Below, one piece after another: positions 1 through 9,714 of a stretch of DNA of 64,000 nucleotides. The stretch is from a virus. The notes beneath the pieces were generated by a model. The model saw only the letters and a list, made by a program, of their open reading frames with translations, ran no database searches and was not told the origin of the DNA. The stretch covers positions 28,632 through 92,631 of IMG/VR virus record IMGVR_UViG_3300028394_000055; one strand, written 5' to 3'. The translations under genes were made by a program, and so were the position numbers. The first letter of the stretch is position 1, and each line of letters opens with the position of its first letter.

Positions 1-1
1 T

Positions 2-529
2 AAAGCACTTACATCACTTGTTCGTAACTGTGTTAATATGTTTGGCTCGTGGAATGTTGGTATGGTTTGTACAAATCACACATACGCAAGTCAGGACATG
101 TTTGATCCAGATGATAAAATTTCAGGTGGTCAAGGCTTCATCTACGCTAGTTCTATTGTAGTTGCTATGCGTAAATTGAAACTAAAAACCGACGAAGATG
201 GTAATAAAACTACCACCGTAAATGGTATTCGTTCAGCCTGTAAGATTATGAAAACCCGCTATTCTAAACCTTTTGAATCAGTACAAGTTGAGATTCCATA
301 CTCAACAGGTATGAGTCCATTTAGTGGTTTAGTTGATTTGTTTGAAGCCAAAGGTAAGTTAAAGAAAGAAGGCAATAGTCTTGTTTATACAACCAAGGAT
401 GGCGAGATCATCAAGCAATTCCGCAAAGCATGGAATAGTAATGACAAAGACGGTTTAACCGTAATTATGGCTGAGTGGGATGATAGTATTATTATGCCTG
501 TAGAGGCAGTGGAAACAGAGGAAGCATAA
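2..529 (+). CDS. uvsX: RecA-like recombinase UvsX, C-terminal part (5' end lies before the window)
   Basis: Frame is open from nt 2 (KALTSLVRNCVNMFG...). RecA motifs TNHTY, SGGQGFIYASS, KTRYSKPF; lies upstream of uvsY and uvsW. Confidence 0.9.
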   Translation, partial: KALTSLVRNCVNMFGSWNVGMVCTNHTYASQDMFDPDDKISGGQGFIYASSIVVAMRKLKLKTDEDGNKTTTVNGIRSACKIMKTRYSKPFESVQVEIPYSTGMSPFSGLVDLFEAKGKLKKEGNSLVYTTKDGEIIKQFRKAWNSNDKDGLTVIMAEWDDSIIMPVEAVETEEA

Positions 530-530
530 T

Positions 531-776
531 ATGGAAGAAGATCAAATTATCGGTGTATGGGACACTTTTAAGGACTATATCCCCGAGAAAAATCGTGAAA
601 CAGCAGCAACACATTTTGTAGATTTTCTAATTGCACAAGATGTAGAGTTGTCAGTTCTTGAGTCAGTTATGGGTTTTGATTCACATCTTGATTCTGCAAT
701 ACAACTTATTGTAGATGAATTCAATGAAGAAAATCAGATAGACGAAGACGATATTTACGACGAAGACGAGGAGTAA
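531..776 (+). CDS. acidic hypothetical protein
   Basis: 81-aa ORF tightly packed between uvsX and uvsY. Confidence 0.75.
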   Translation: MEEDQIIGVWDTFKDYIPEKNRETAATHFVDFLIAQDVELSVLESVMGFDSHLDSAIQLIVDEFNEENQIDEDDIYDEDEE

Positions 777-778
777 TT

Positions 779-1234
779 GTGAATTGGTACAGCAAAGTAA
801 GCAAAGATATTGCTCACTTGCCAGGCTGTATTGATTACTATTACCTTGAATTAGACTCAGCAAGAGCAGAGGTTAAAATCCACGGAAACGTGGAAAAATC
901 CTCTGCTGCTTTGCCTGGTATTGTTGCTCATCGATTTAATCAACTTCAAGAAATTGAAGGCATCTTAGAATATCTAAACATTGAACTACGCCGTCTGCGT
1001 TCCAAAACTTTTAAGAAATATTTGGAAAACTATCAACGTGCTCTCAGCAGTAGAGACGTGGAAAAGTATGTAGAAGGCGAAGCAGATGTGGTTGATATGG
1101 AAAAGATCATCAATGAGTTTGCACTACTACGCAATCAATGGCTAGGTATCATCAAGGGCTTAGATATCAAGCAATGGCAACTAAGTAATATTATCAAACT
1201 CCGAACAGCGGGTATGGAAGACGTTGTTATTTGA
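779..1234 (+). CDS. uvsY: recombination mediator UvsY-like
   Basis: 151-aa helical protein with LSSRDVEKYVEGE and KGLDIKQWQLSNIIKLRTAG; syntenic with uvsX/uvsW. Confidence 0.8.
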   Translation: MNWYSKVSKDIAHLPGCIDYYYLELDSARAEVKIHGNVEKSSAALPGIVAHRFNQLQEIEGILEYLNIELRRLRSKTFKKYLENYQRALSSRDVEKYVEGEADVVDMEKIINEFALLRNQWLGIIKGLDIKQWQLSNIIKLRTAGMEDVVI

Positions 1235-1239
1235 CACAG

Positions 1240-1274
1240 AAGGACTTGAGTCCTTTTGTGTTTTGTAGTATAAT
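1240..1274 (+). promoter_or_regulatory. terminator-like hairpin overlapping a sigma70-type promoter
   Basis: AAGGAC-TTGA-GTCCTT followed by a T-rich tract; TTGAGT(1246)-17 bp-TATAAT(1269); ATG at 1281, so probably leaderless. Confidence 0.6.
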
Positions 1275-1280
1275 AATTGT

Positions 1281-2453
1281 ATGTATATTGAAGATCTACT
1301 CCCAACTTTATATCTGTCAGTTAAAACCAATCGTTATGATTCAACATTGATACAGAGTTTCTACGAGCAGGTAAATTACAGAAATTTAGGTTTTACAGAA
1401 AAACAATCTGTCATAATGCTAAAAATTTCAAAAACATACAAGCAACAAATCAATGCCCATTTAGGCAAAGATATAACAGCATTGTTGGACAATCCAAAAT
1501 TTAAATTTAGTATCAGAACTATCAGTATGGTAAAACATATATCCACACATATTTCTGAAAGAATTATTAAAGTCAAGTTTCCTTATGAGGAAACACTTGT
1601 AAATGAGATTAAAAAAGTAAGAGGTGAGTTTTTACAAGCAGAATGGCAGTCCGATGACAAATTATGGATTTTTTCTCTGGAAGATAAAGTTATAAATTTC
1701 TTTTCATCTTGGATTGAAAATTATAATTTCACAGCCGATGACGAATTTAAAAATTTTATTATTCAAATTGAGGCCATAACTTCAAATATTGAAAAACATA
1801 TCCCCATGCTTATGTATGATGGCAAAAATACCAAATATTCCAACGTACATAGTAGTGTTCCGACGCTTACCAGTAACGATATTTTGACATCTATATTTGA
1901 AGCAAGACGTGCTGGCATTACTACATGGGATAATAATGTTAATAATGAATTGGATAATTGTAATAAAAATGAAATAGTCAAAAATTTCATAAAATCTGAC
2001 CCATCCGACAATTTTTCCATAAATTTGGAAGAAAATTCAATTTTAGATTTAAAATCAATTGTGAAAAATTTGTTGCCTTGTATTGTAACCGTGCCCGGTG
2101 GCAATGAATTAACTAAAATGCAACAGGCATTAGAATTATTAAAAGACATTGGTATTGAAAATCATGAAATTAGCGTTTTGTTCCGGTTACCCAGCGATAC
2201 TGGTGGAGATTTTAACAAATTTGTCAAAGAAGAAAAATTAAATTCTCCCATATCTGAAAAAACTAAAGTGGTAGTCCTTAGTGGAAAACTTCCTAAGACT
2301 ATATTTGATTCTGAATTGAAATTTAATTGTGTTTTAAACTTTAATTTTTACAATGTGCATTATACTCTTGCTAATTTCATGAAAAACAGGCATAATGTTA
2401 TTAACGTGTTAGCAGATAAAAAAACAAAGAGCCCGCAAATTGAGTACATGTAA
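1281..2453 (+). CDS. hypothetical protein
   Basis: 390-aa ORF with an upstream promoter, overlapping the uvsW start. Confidence 0.8.
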   Translation: MYIEDLLPTLYLSVKTNRYDSTLIQSFYEQVNYRNLGFTEKQSVIMLKISKTYKQQINAHLGKDITALLDNPKFKFSIRTISMVKHISTHISERIIKVKFPYEETLVNEIKKVRGEFLQAEWQSDDKLWIFSLEDKVINFFSSWIENYNFTADDEFKNFIIQIEAITSNIEKHIPMLMYDGKNTKYSNVHSSVPTLTSNDILTSIFEARRAGITTWDNNVNNELDNCNKNEIVKNFIKSDPSDNFSINLEENSILDLKSIVKNLLPCIVTVPGGNELTKMQQALELLKDIGIENHEISVLFRLPSDTGGDFNKFVKEEKLNSPISEKTKVVVLSGKLPKTIFDSELKFNCVLNFNFYNVHYTLANFMKNRHNVINVLADKKTKSPQIEYM

Positions 2454-3894
2454 AGTTATTATTAAAGATGAAGTTAATGTTAAGATTGAAAATTTAGATC
2501 TCGACATTCGTAAGGCTCTGGTTAAAAAATTCAAGTACGAAGACCCTACTGCCCGCTTCAGACCCAGCTTCAAATTGGGTCGATGGGACGGTAGCATCAG
2601 TTTCTTTGGTCTTGGTGGATCGACTTATCTCAGTATGTTGGGTCCGGTGTTAGAGTACATTGAAAGTAAGAATTATTGCATTGAAGTTGAAGATCAACGT
2701 GTTCCAACTACCCTGGAATTTAGTGAGATTTTTGAGGATTTTTGGGGTGAAAAAACATGGCCTTTAGGACATCGTTTTGCAGGTCATCTTATTCGATTAC
2801 GAAATGACCAAGTTGATGTTATTAATAAGTTTTTAGAAAATCCTCAATGTCTCCAAGAAATTGCCACTGGTTTTGGTAAGACAATTACCACCGCAACTTT
2901 GGCGAAAATTTGTGAAAAATACGGTCGAACAATAACCATTGTTCCTAACAAAAGTCTAGTGGAACAAACTGAAGAAGACTTTGTTAACGTTGGTTTAGAC
3001 GTTGGTGTATACTACGGAGATAGAAAAAATCTCAACAAAACACATACAATCTGCACTTGGCAAAGTTTAAATATTTGGGATAAAAAAAGTAAAAATGATG
3101 ACGAAATTTTACAAATTTCTGAGTTTTTAGCAGACGTAAGAACTGTCATGGTTGATGAGGTACATATGGCCAAAGCCGATGTATTGAAGAAATTACTCAC
3201 ACAGAATCTAAGTCATGTGCCAATCCGTTGGGGGTTGACCGGAACTATTCCAAAAGCAGAACATGAGTATCAAGCATTACGTGCAAGCCTAGGAGAAGTG
3301 GTAAATGTGGTAAAAGCACATGAATTGCAAGAAGCGGGTATATTAAGCAATTGTCATGTGAATGTTGTACAAACAGCAGAGTGGAAAGAATTTGGAAGTT
3401 ATGCAGAAGAATTGAAATATCTTGTTACTGATAGCACAAGGATGACACATATCAGTAATATGATTCGTAATATTGCAGCATCGGGAAATACCTTAGTCTT
3501 GGTTAATAGAATTGACTCAGGTAAATTTATTATCGAACAAATACCAGAAGCGGTGTTTGTTTCAGGTCAGGTTAAAACTAAAGACAGGAAAGAAGAGTAT
3601 GATGAGATTAGAACAAGTGATAACAAGATTATTGTGGCGACTTTTGGTGTGGCCGCTGTGGGTATTAATATTCCTCGTATTTTTAATCTGGTTCTTTTGG
3701 AACCCGGAAAAAGCTTTGTTAGAGTTATACAATCGATTGGACGCGGTATTCGAAAAGCAGACGACAAAGACTTCGTACAGATCTGGGATATAACCGCAGC
3801 CAGCAAATACGCTAAAAGACACTTGACAGAAAGAAAGAGGTTTTATAAAGAAGCCAAATACCCATTTAACATTGAGAAAGTAAAATATATATAA
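2440..3894 (+). CDS. uvsW: SF2 DNA helicase UvsW-like
   Basis: ATGFGKT (Walker A), DEVH, GLTGT, QSIGRGIR motifs. Confidence 0.92.
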   Translation: MSTCKVIIKDEVNVKIENLDLDIRKALVKKFKYEDPTARFRPSFKLGRWDGSISFFGLGGSTYLSMLGPVLEYIESKNYCIEVEDQRVPTTLEFSEIFEDFWGEKTWPLGHRFAGHLIRLRNDQVDVINKFLENPQCLQEIATGFGKTITTATLAKICEKYGRTITIVPNKSLVEQTEEDFVNVGLDVGVYYGDRKNLNKTHTICTWQSLNIWDKKSKNDDEILQISEFLADVRTVMVDEVHMAKADVLKKLLTQNLSHVPIRWGLTGTIPKAEHEYQALRASLGEVVNVVKAHELQEAGILSNCHVNVVQTAEWKEFGSYAEELKYLVTDSTRMTHISNMIRNIAASGNTLVLVNRIDSGKFIIEQIPEAVFVSGQVKTKDRKEEYDEIRTSDNKIIVATFGVAAVGINIPRIFNLVLLEPGKSFVRVIQSIGRGIRKADDKDFVQIWDITAASKYAKRHLTERKRFYKEAKYPFNIEKVKYI

Positions 3895-4397
3895 TGCAGA
3901 TCTTGACACTAAACAATGAGATATTTTATCTCAACGAACTACCAGAAGAAGTAGATGACGATTTGAGATTCGCAGTATTGGATAATAGTGATAGTAGTAA
4001 CCCGGACTATTTTTTTATTCCACTAATATTCCTTGAGTCATTTACTGGCCCAGCAGCAGTATTAAAAATAGGTAAACATGAACTTACTATGCCATTAGAT
4101 TGGTGTGCTATTGTTGGTGATCCCGAAGGACCTGATATGGAAGTGCTGCCATTAACTAGTTTAAATGATCGCGGTTTCAAAACATTCTGCTTTAATCCAT
4201 TAAGTAGCTTTAGACCCGAATTTCATGAGATTGATATCATCGATGTCTATCAAGATGTTAAATGGTATTTTCCAAAGATGAAACCGGGACAATTATTATG
4301 TACACCATTAGAGCCAGGCCCAAAACCTACCTGTGCATATTTTGTTAAAGAAGTTAGTCGTCAAAGTGAATTAGTGGATTATACAAGGTGCTGGTAA
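3894..4397 (+). CDS. conserved phage hypothetical protein
   Basis: 167-aa ORF translationally coupled to uvsW. Confidence 0.75.
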   Translation: MQILTLNNEIFYLNELPEEVDDDLRFAVLDNSDSSNPDYFFIPLIFLESFTGPAAVLKIGKHELTMPLDWCAIVGDPEGPDMEVLPLTSLNDRGFKTFCFNPLSSFRPEFHEIDIIDVYQDVKWYFPKMKPGQLLCTPLEPGPKPTCAYFVKEVSRQSELVDYTRCW

Positions 4398-4398
4398 C

Positions 4399-4683
4399 AT
4401 GGGAAATCTTAAGCCTGGTGCTGTGTACACTTACACACAAAGAAATGGGATAACTTATGCAGAAGAATTCGGATCTAATGAAAATATTGCAGTAGGATGG
4501 AAATGGGATAACCGAACTAGTGACGGTAGACCACTGCACGATCATATAATGGATGATAAACTGTGGGGAGATATACGTAGAGAATCTAAGACCAATCCGG
4601 CTTTACATAATGCATTAGAACGTGTTAAAATAATATACTACCTAAGCAAAGATAAAGACAATATTAATCATCATCCGGTATAA
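4399..4683 (+). CDS. hypothetical protein
   Basis: 94-aa ORF in the operon. Confidence 0.7.
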   Translation: MGNLKPGAVYTYTQRNGITYAEEFGSNENIAVGWKWDNRTSDGRPLHDHIMDDKLWGDIRRESKTNPALHNALERVKIIYYLSKDKDNINHHPV

Positions 4684-4685
4684 TT

Positions 4686-5144
4686 ATGGCACTTGATATT
4701 AAGCGAGAACTTAAAGCAGTAGATCAAAAGACCTACAACTTTTATGATAATCTCACAGACGAAGAAAAGAAAGCATTTAGCCCTTATATCTTAATGAGAT
4801 ATACCGCTAGTGTACAGATGCCTGATAGGGACATACAAGAATGGTACGTTGAAATGACCAACGAAATGGTTAATAAAAATCACTGGGATCTTAGTAAGAA
4901 ACATAAAGCATTATTGTGGAAATTGTTTGCTGCAACTGGAACTGGAGTTAACTGCTATCACCCATATCTAGCAGCAGGAAAAAAAGAAAAAGCAAATAAG
5001 ATTGAACGACTATTATGCGAACTATATCCAGCAATGAAAATGAGTGATATTAAATTAATGGCTTCTATGATGGAGAAAAAAGACAAAGAAGAACTCTTTG
5101 ATAAAATGGGGTTTGATAAAAAGCAACGGAAAGACTACGAATGA
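4686..5144 (+). CDS. clamp loader small subunit (T4 gp62-like)
   Basis: EEKKAFSPYILMRY...NEMVN...HKALLWKL pattern, size and replication context. Confidence 0.65.
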   Translation: MALDIKRELKAVDQKTYNFYDNLTDEEKKAFSPYILMRYTASVQMPDRDIQEWYVEMTNEMVNKNHWDLSKKHKALLWKLFAATGTGVNCYHPYLAAGKKEKANKIERLLCELYPAMKMSDIKLMASMMEKKDKEELFDKMGFDKKQRKDYE

Positions 5145-5836
5145 TAGCATTGGTGGAACAACCATATACTTGCGTACATTGCGGTAAGAGTTTTATGAAA
5201 GATAAAACTCTAGTAGCGCATATGTGCGAACGTAAACGTCGTGCTCTACAAAAAGATGAGAAACGTGTCCAAGCGGGTTTCATGGCATTTAATCGCTTTT
5301 GGCAATTGACACAAAATGCCAAGAAATCTAAATCATATGACGACTTTGCTGACAGCAGTTACTATAATGCCTTTGTAAAATTTGGTAGTTTTATTAATAA
5401 TGTTAATCCATTATATCCAACTAAATTTGTAGATTATGTAATCAAAAGTGGCGTTAAATTGGACCACTGGTGCAGAGATGAAATGTATGAAAAATACCTA
5501 TTTGATATACTAAAAGTTGAACCAGTGGAAAGTGCTGTACAAAGAAGTCTACAAACTATGATGGAATGGGGTGACTCACATAATGCAAATTTTGCACATT
5601 ACTTTTCTTATGTTAGTCTAAACAAAGCGGTGCATGATATACTTAATGGTCATATTAGTTTTTGGATTATAATGAATAGCAATACAGGCAAAACAATGAT
5701 TGCCAACATGAGTGATGAACAATTGGTCATGATTGCTCCAGTATTTGATGTGCCATTTTGGATGAAGAAATTTAAACAAAGCCCGGCGGATGTTGCACTG
5801 GTAAAAGAAATATGTTCGGAGGCAGGAATAAAATGA
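5141..5836 (+). CDS. conserved phage protein with N-terminal zinc finger
   Basis: YTCVHCGKSF...LVAHMC C2HC-like finger; 231 aa. Confidence 0.75.
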   Translation: MIALVEQPYTCVHCGKSFMKDKTLVAHMCERKRRALQKDEKRVQAGFMAFNRFWQLTQNAKKSKSYDDFADSSYYNAFVKFGSFINNVNPLYPTKFVDYVIKSGVKLDHWCRDEMYEKYLFDILKVEPVESAVQRSLQTMMEWGDSHNANFAHYFSYVSLNKAVHDILNGHISFWIIMNSNTGKTMIANMSDEQLVMIAPVFDVPFWMKKFKQSPADVALVKEICSEAGIK

Positions 5837-6222
5837 GTCAAGAAAATATTAAAAAATTTCTACAGTATCATCATATACAAGTTATTGATGATAACAAACG
5901 TGCCCATAAAATGACACGTATGCATGTGAAATATTTTAACAACCCTGCTGACTATAACGAATTAACAGCAATGAATGCTATGAATTTTGAAACTGAAAGA
6001 TTACTGACAGTGGAAATTGCAGAGAGTGAGTTAGAACGTATCGCAGATATCGAAGCAGAAGTTTTTAATAACTTACATGAGCGTGGTCATTATAGAATGT
6101 TTGAACATATGACTGAATTAAAAGAACGTGAAAAGTATATTAAGAACAAATATCCAGCAGTAAAGAAAGCCTACGAACATTATAGCCTACTGTTAAAACT
6201 AGCAGAGAGCGGCGAACTATGA
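5833..6222 (+). CDS. hypothetical protein
   Basis: ATG overlaps the upstream stop (ATGA); YPAVKKAYEHY C-terminal motif. Confidence 0.7.
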   Translation: MSQENIKKFLQYHHIQVIDDNKRAHKMTRMHVKYFNNPADYNELTAMNAMNFETERLLTVEIAESELERIADIEAEVFNNLHERGHYRMFEHMTELKEREKYIKNKYPAVKKAYEHYSLLLKLAESGEL

Positions 6223-6392
6223 AAATACCAAAAGAAGGAAGTAGGTGGGCCACTATTACCGAAACATTTGTTGTACTACATACAATTGAATTAAACGGGC
6301 ATATGTGGATTCATTATAGACTAGAATCTAGTGATCGAGAATATAGTTGCTATGTGGAAAGTTTCTTAGAAAGATTTACACCCGTATTATGA
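6219..6392 (+). CDS. small hypothetical protein (57 aa, not in ORF track)
   Basis: MKIPKEGSRW...YSCYVESFLERFTPVL; ATGA overlaps at both ends. Confidence 0.65.
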   Translation: MKIPKEGSRWATITETFVVLHTIELNGHMWIHYRLESSDREYSCYVESFLERFTPVL

Positions 6393-6916
6393 AACAAAAG
6401 TTTATTGACCTATATATGGACTGGGCTACTCGTACTGCCCAACTTAGCCATGCCCGACGATTACAGGTAGGTGCGGTCATTGTCAAGGACGACAGTGTGA
6501 TCAGTTATGGATATAATGGTATGCCCGCAGGTTGGGATAACAACTGCGAGAATAAAGAATATATGGGCGGTAGTGCCGGTGGTTGGCTCGATCCTGAAGA
6601 GATTTACGAACAGTGGCCATTTGAAGAAACCGTAGTAGTCGCAAACGATAATGAAAGTTTTGAAACTACTCGTCGATATAAACTAAAAACTAAACCAGAG
6701 GTATTACATGCAGAATCTAATGCAATTGCAAAATTGGCGAAGTCTAATAACAGTGGGGCTGGGGCTGACTTATTTGTTACTCACGGTCCTTGCCTCGAGT
6801 GTGCCAAGCTCATTCATCAGTCAGGTATTAGTCGGGTATGGTATAGTAAAAACTATAGAGATGATGCGGGAATCAAATTCTTAGTCATGTCGGGTGTAAA
6901 GGTTGAACAAATATAA
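6389..6916 (+). CDS. dCMP deaminase
   Basis: VGAVIV, GYNG, HAESNAI and PCLEC zinc motifs; start at MKQKF. Confidence 0.92.
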   Translation: MKQKFIDLYMDWATRTAQLSHARRLQVGAVIVKDDSVISYGYNGMPAGWDNNCENKEYMGGSAGGWLDPEEIYEQWPFEETVVVANDNESFETTRRYKLKTKPEVLHAESNAIAKLAKSNNSGAGADLFVTHGPCLECAKLIHQSGISRVWYSKNYRDDAGIKFLVMSGVKVEQI

Positions 6917-7491
6917 TGGACATAGATATAGACTTTCCTGATAGAAAGAAAATACTTGATATAATCAAGCATATTCCAGCACGTCTCGAAGATGGAAAGA
7001 AACATAACACAGGTGTGTATTGTCACGAAATTCCTTACAACCCATTAACTGATACCGCCAGTATTGATTATAAATCTGCAGAGGAACGTGGATACTTTAA
7101 GATCGATTTCTTAAATGTTGGTGCTTATGTTGGTGTCCGAGATGAACTACATCTTACTCAATTACTTGACACAGAACCATTATGGGATTTACTATACGAG
7201 AAAGATGTATGTAATCAACTGTTCCATATTAATGGATATCACAATTTATTAAATGAATTGAGACCTAAAAGTATATTAGAACTAGCCATAGTCCTTGCCA
7301 TGATCAGACCTGGTAAGAAACATCTCATTCCAATATGCAAGGACAAGGGATTCCAATCCATCAATGATGAAATATGGATTAAAAGTGAAGATTCCTATTT
7401 CTTTAAGAAGGCTCATGCTGTTTCCTATGCTAGTGTTATTGTGGTACAGTTGAATCTAATATGTGAACAACTTAGTTACGGATATTCTTAG
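6916..7491 (+). CDS. miniature DNA polymerase III alpha (DnaE)-like catalytic fragment
   Basis: DIDIDF, KHNTGVY, FKIDFL, AMIRPG and FKKAHAVSYA match DnaE motifs PDxDxDF, HAxG, KxDxL, RPG and FNKSHSxAY. Confidence 0.8.
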   Translation: MDIDIDFPDRKKILDIIKHIPARLEDGKKHNTGVYCHEIPYNPLTDTASIDYKSAEERGYFKIDFLNVGAYVGVRDELHLTQLLDTEPLWDLLYEKDVCNQLFHINGYHNLLNELRPKSILELAIVLAMIRPGKKHLIPICKDKGFQSINDEIWIKSEDSYFFKKAHAVSYASVIVVQLNLICEQLSYGYS

Positions 7492-7849
7492 GATTTCTGA
7501 CTAGTTGTATTGATTTTCTTTTTATTCTTTTCTCGGCAATTTCACGTAGATTAACTATGGGTCCAAACATTATTTCAACATCCTTACTGTTGAATGTCTT
7601 TATGTAACTTCTAAAAACTTGCATCTCCCTTTTTAAAAATATATTGATTGGTATTTTACGATTGCTTTCCCACCACCATACTTCACCTAATTCTAAAAAA
7701 GATTTACGCTGAGTTTCATTGATTATCATGGCCAAATCATACATGCTGGTCACATATTCATCACAATTGATAATGATACCCACATACTCTTTGTCGTTAG
7801 ACTTTAGGCATGATACAAAGGGAAAGTTGTCCTGAAACTGGTTACTCAT
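7472..7849 (-). CDS. conserved phage hypothetical protein
   Basis: 125 aa; WWWESNRKIPINIFL motif. Confidence 0.75.
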   Translation of the reverse strand: MSNQFQDNFPFVSCLKSNDKEYVGIIINCDEYVTSMYDLAMIINETQRKSFLELGEVWWWESNRKIPINIFLKREMQVFRSYIKTFNSKDVEIMFGPIVNLREIAEKRIKRKSIQLVRNPKNIRN

Positions 7850-7870
7850 TAGGGTTTAAATAAATACATT

Positions 7871-8704
7871 ATGCAAATTTTACCAATCTATTTATACGCA
7901 AACAAACTCGATGTAACACTAGATTTGGACGCTACAATCAGGGGAGTAAATCAGGTTATGTATCAACGAGACCTAACAATACAAAAAGGGATCAGAAATC
8001 AAATTAGGATCCAATTTAAAAATAGCGACCAAAAACGTGTGTCTGTTGCTACTACACAAACTGTTATCTTCAGTATGTTTGATGCTATAAATCAACGTAT
8101 GATGGTGGAGAAAGTACTGGAAGTATTACCTGAAACTACTAGCACTAAAGGTATGGCACTGCTTACCCTAGACGAAAGCGATACACTAGATTTAGATAAA
8201 TCCAGTTATACCTACAGCGTAAAATTGAGAACACTAGACGGAACTTATATTCCTGCTTATTCTAATACTTACTATGGTATGAATGGTACATTACATGTGG
8301 CTAATGATGTATTTCCTGTGTTGAAAGATAGTACTAAAATTACTAGTTTCCTTCCTACATATAATTCATCCACTCGTTTGTATGAATATAAAAGCGGAAA
8401 TATATATGCTAATTCAGAATATAACGGAAACTCCGGACTGCATACTGTTGCACTTTATATGACTGCATACAAAGGATTGGTGCTTATACAAGGCACTTTG
8501 GATAATAATCCAACTGATGATCGCAGTTACTATACTATCAACACCAAAGTATATGCTGGCTTTACTGGTATTGATCATGCTAACTTTAATGGCGTATATA
8601 CCTATATCCGAATTGTATACATCCCCGCTAAAGGACCTATTGACCCAAATAACGATAATCCTAATTTCTTCGGATCTTTTGACAAAGTACTATATAGAAG
8701 TTAA
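7871..8704 (+). CDS. hypothetical protein, possibly virion-associated
   Basis: 277-aa beta-rich ORF preceded by a late-type AATAAATA. Confidence 0.7.
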   Translation: MQILPIYLYANKLDVTLDLDATIRGVNQVMYQRDLTIQKGIRNQIRIQFKNSDQKRVSVATTQTVIFSMFDAINQRMMVEKVLEVLPETTSTKGMALLTLDESDTLDLDKSSYTYSVKLRTLDGTYIPAYSNTYYGMNGTLHVANDVFPVLKDSTKITSFLPTYNSSTRLYEYKSGNIYANSEYNGNSGLHTVALYMTAYKGLVLIQGTLDNNPTDDRSYYTINTKVYAGFTGIDHANFNGVYTYIRIVYIPAKGPIDPNNDNPNFFGSFDKVLYRS

Positions 8705-8707
8705 AAT
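8679..8707 (+). promoter_or_regulatory. sigma70 promoter for primase (probably leaderless)
   Basis: TTGACA-17 bp-TAAAAT, ending 5 nt before the ATG at 8713. Confidence 0.6.
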
Positions 8708-8712
8708 AGTGC

Positions 8713-9714
8713 ATGACTGAAATTCAGGCTGCACTACAGGCTCTACTACCACCTAATCGAAAACTTACATCCGGAGGCTGGGTAAGTTTTAATGCCGTCT
8801 GCTGCCATAATAGGGGCGATCGCCCAGATACTAAAAAACGTGGCGGCGTTCTATTCACCGATGAAGGATTTACTTATCATTGTTTCAACTGTGGATTTAA
8901 AGCAGGGTGGAGTCCGGGCAAACTACTCAGTGCCAATACTAAATCATTATTCAAATGGTGTGGTATGGGCGACTCTGATATAAGCCGATTGGGTTTGATA
9001 ACACTGAAGTTTAAAGAAGATCAACCCCAAACTAAAAAGGCATTAAATTTTGTACTAGAGGAACGACCATTGCCGGAAGGCGCCATGCTACTCAAAGAGT
9101 GGGCACTGGCAGTTTGGAAGCCCGGCGCCGAAGAAGACATGATTCGAGTGTTTGAATACCTAGTGAGCAGAGGTATGGATCTAGATTGGTATGATTGGAT
9201 GTGGACTCCTGCTCCTGGATACAAAGATCGATTGCTTATACCTTTCTATCAGGATGGCAAGGTGGTAGGATATACTGGTCGTAAGATCACTGAGGGTAAA
9301 CCTAAATATCTTACAGATAGTCAAAACGGCTACGTGTTTAACCTAGATAGACAGACCTATGATAGGTCATGTGTTATAGTAGTAGAAGGACAGTTTGATG
9401 CTATTGCTATAGATGGTGTGGCCATAATGACTAATGACCCTAACGAAACTCAATGCGCTAGATTAAATGCTTTGGGTAAACAAGTTATTGTGGTACCAGA
9501 TAGAGATCGCCCTGGCGCTAAACTAATAAAGGCAGCACTGGCAAATGGGTGGGATGTGAGCTTACCACCTTGGGAAGATGATATTAAAGACGTTGCTGAT
9601 GCTGTGAAGCGATATGGTAGAGTTTATACACTAACCACAATCTTACACTACCTCGAAACAAATAAGATAAAAATACAACTACTACAGAAAAAATTAGAGG
9701 CGCTAAATGAATAA
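8713..9714 (+). CDS. DNA primase (T4 gp61-like)
   Basis: Zinc-binding CC...HCFNCG; TOPRIM motifs VVEGQFDA and VPDRD. Confidence 0.9.
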   Translation: MTEIQAALQALLPPNRKLTSGGWVSFNAVCCHNRGDRPDTKKRGGVLFTDEGFTYHCFNCGFKAGWSPGKLLSANTKSLFKWCGMGDSDISRLGLITLKFKEDQPQTKKALNFVLEERPLPEGAMLLKEWALAVWKPGAEEDMIRVFEYLVSRGMDLDWYDWMWTPAPGYKDRLLIPFYQDGKVVGYTGRKITEGKPKYLTDSQNGYVFNLDRQTYDRSCVIVVEGQFDAIAIDGVAIMTNDPNETQCARLNALGKQVIVVPDRDRPGAKLIKAALANGWDVSLPPWEDDIKDVADAVKRYGRVYTLTTILHYLETNKIKIQLLQKKLEALNE

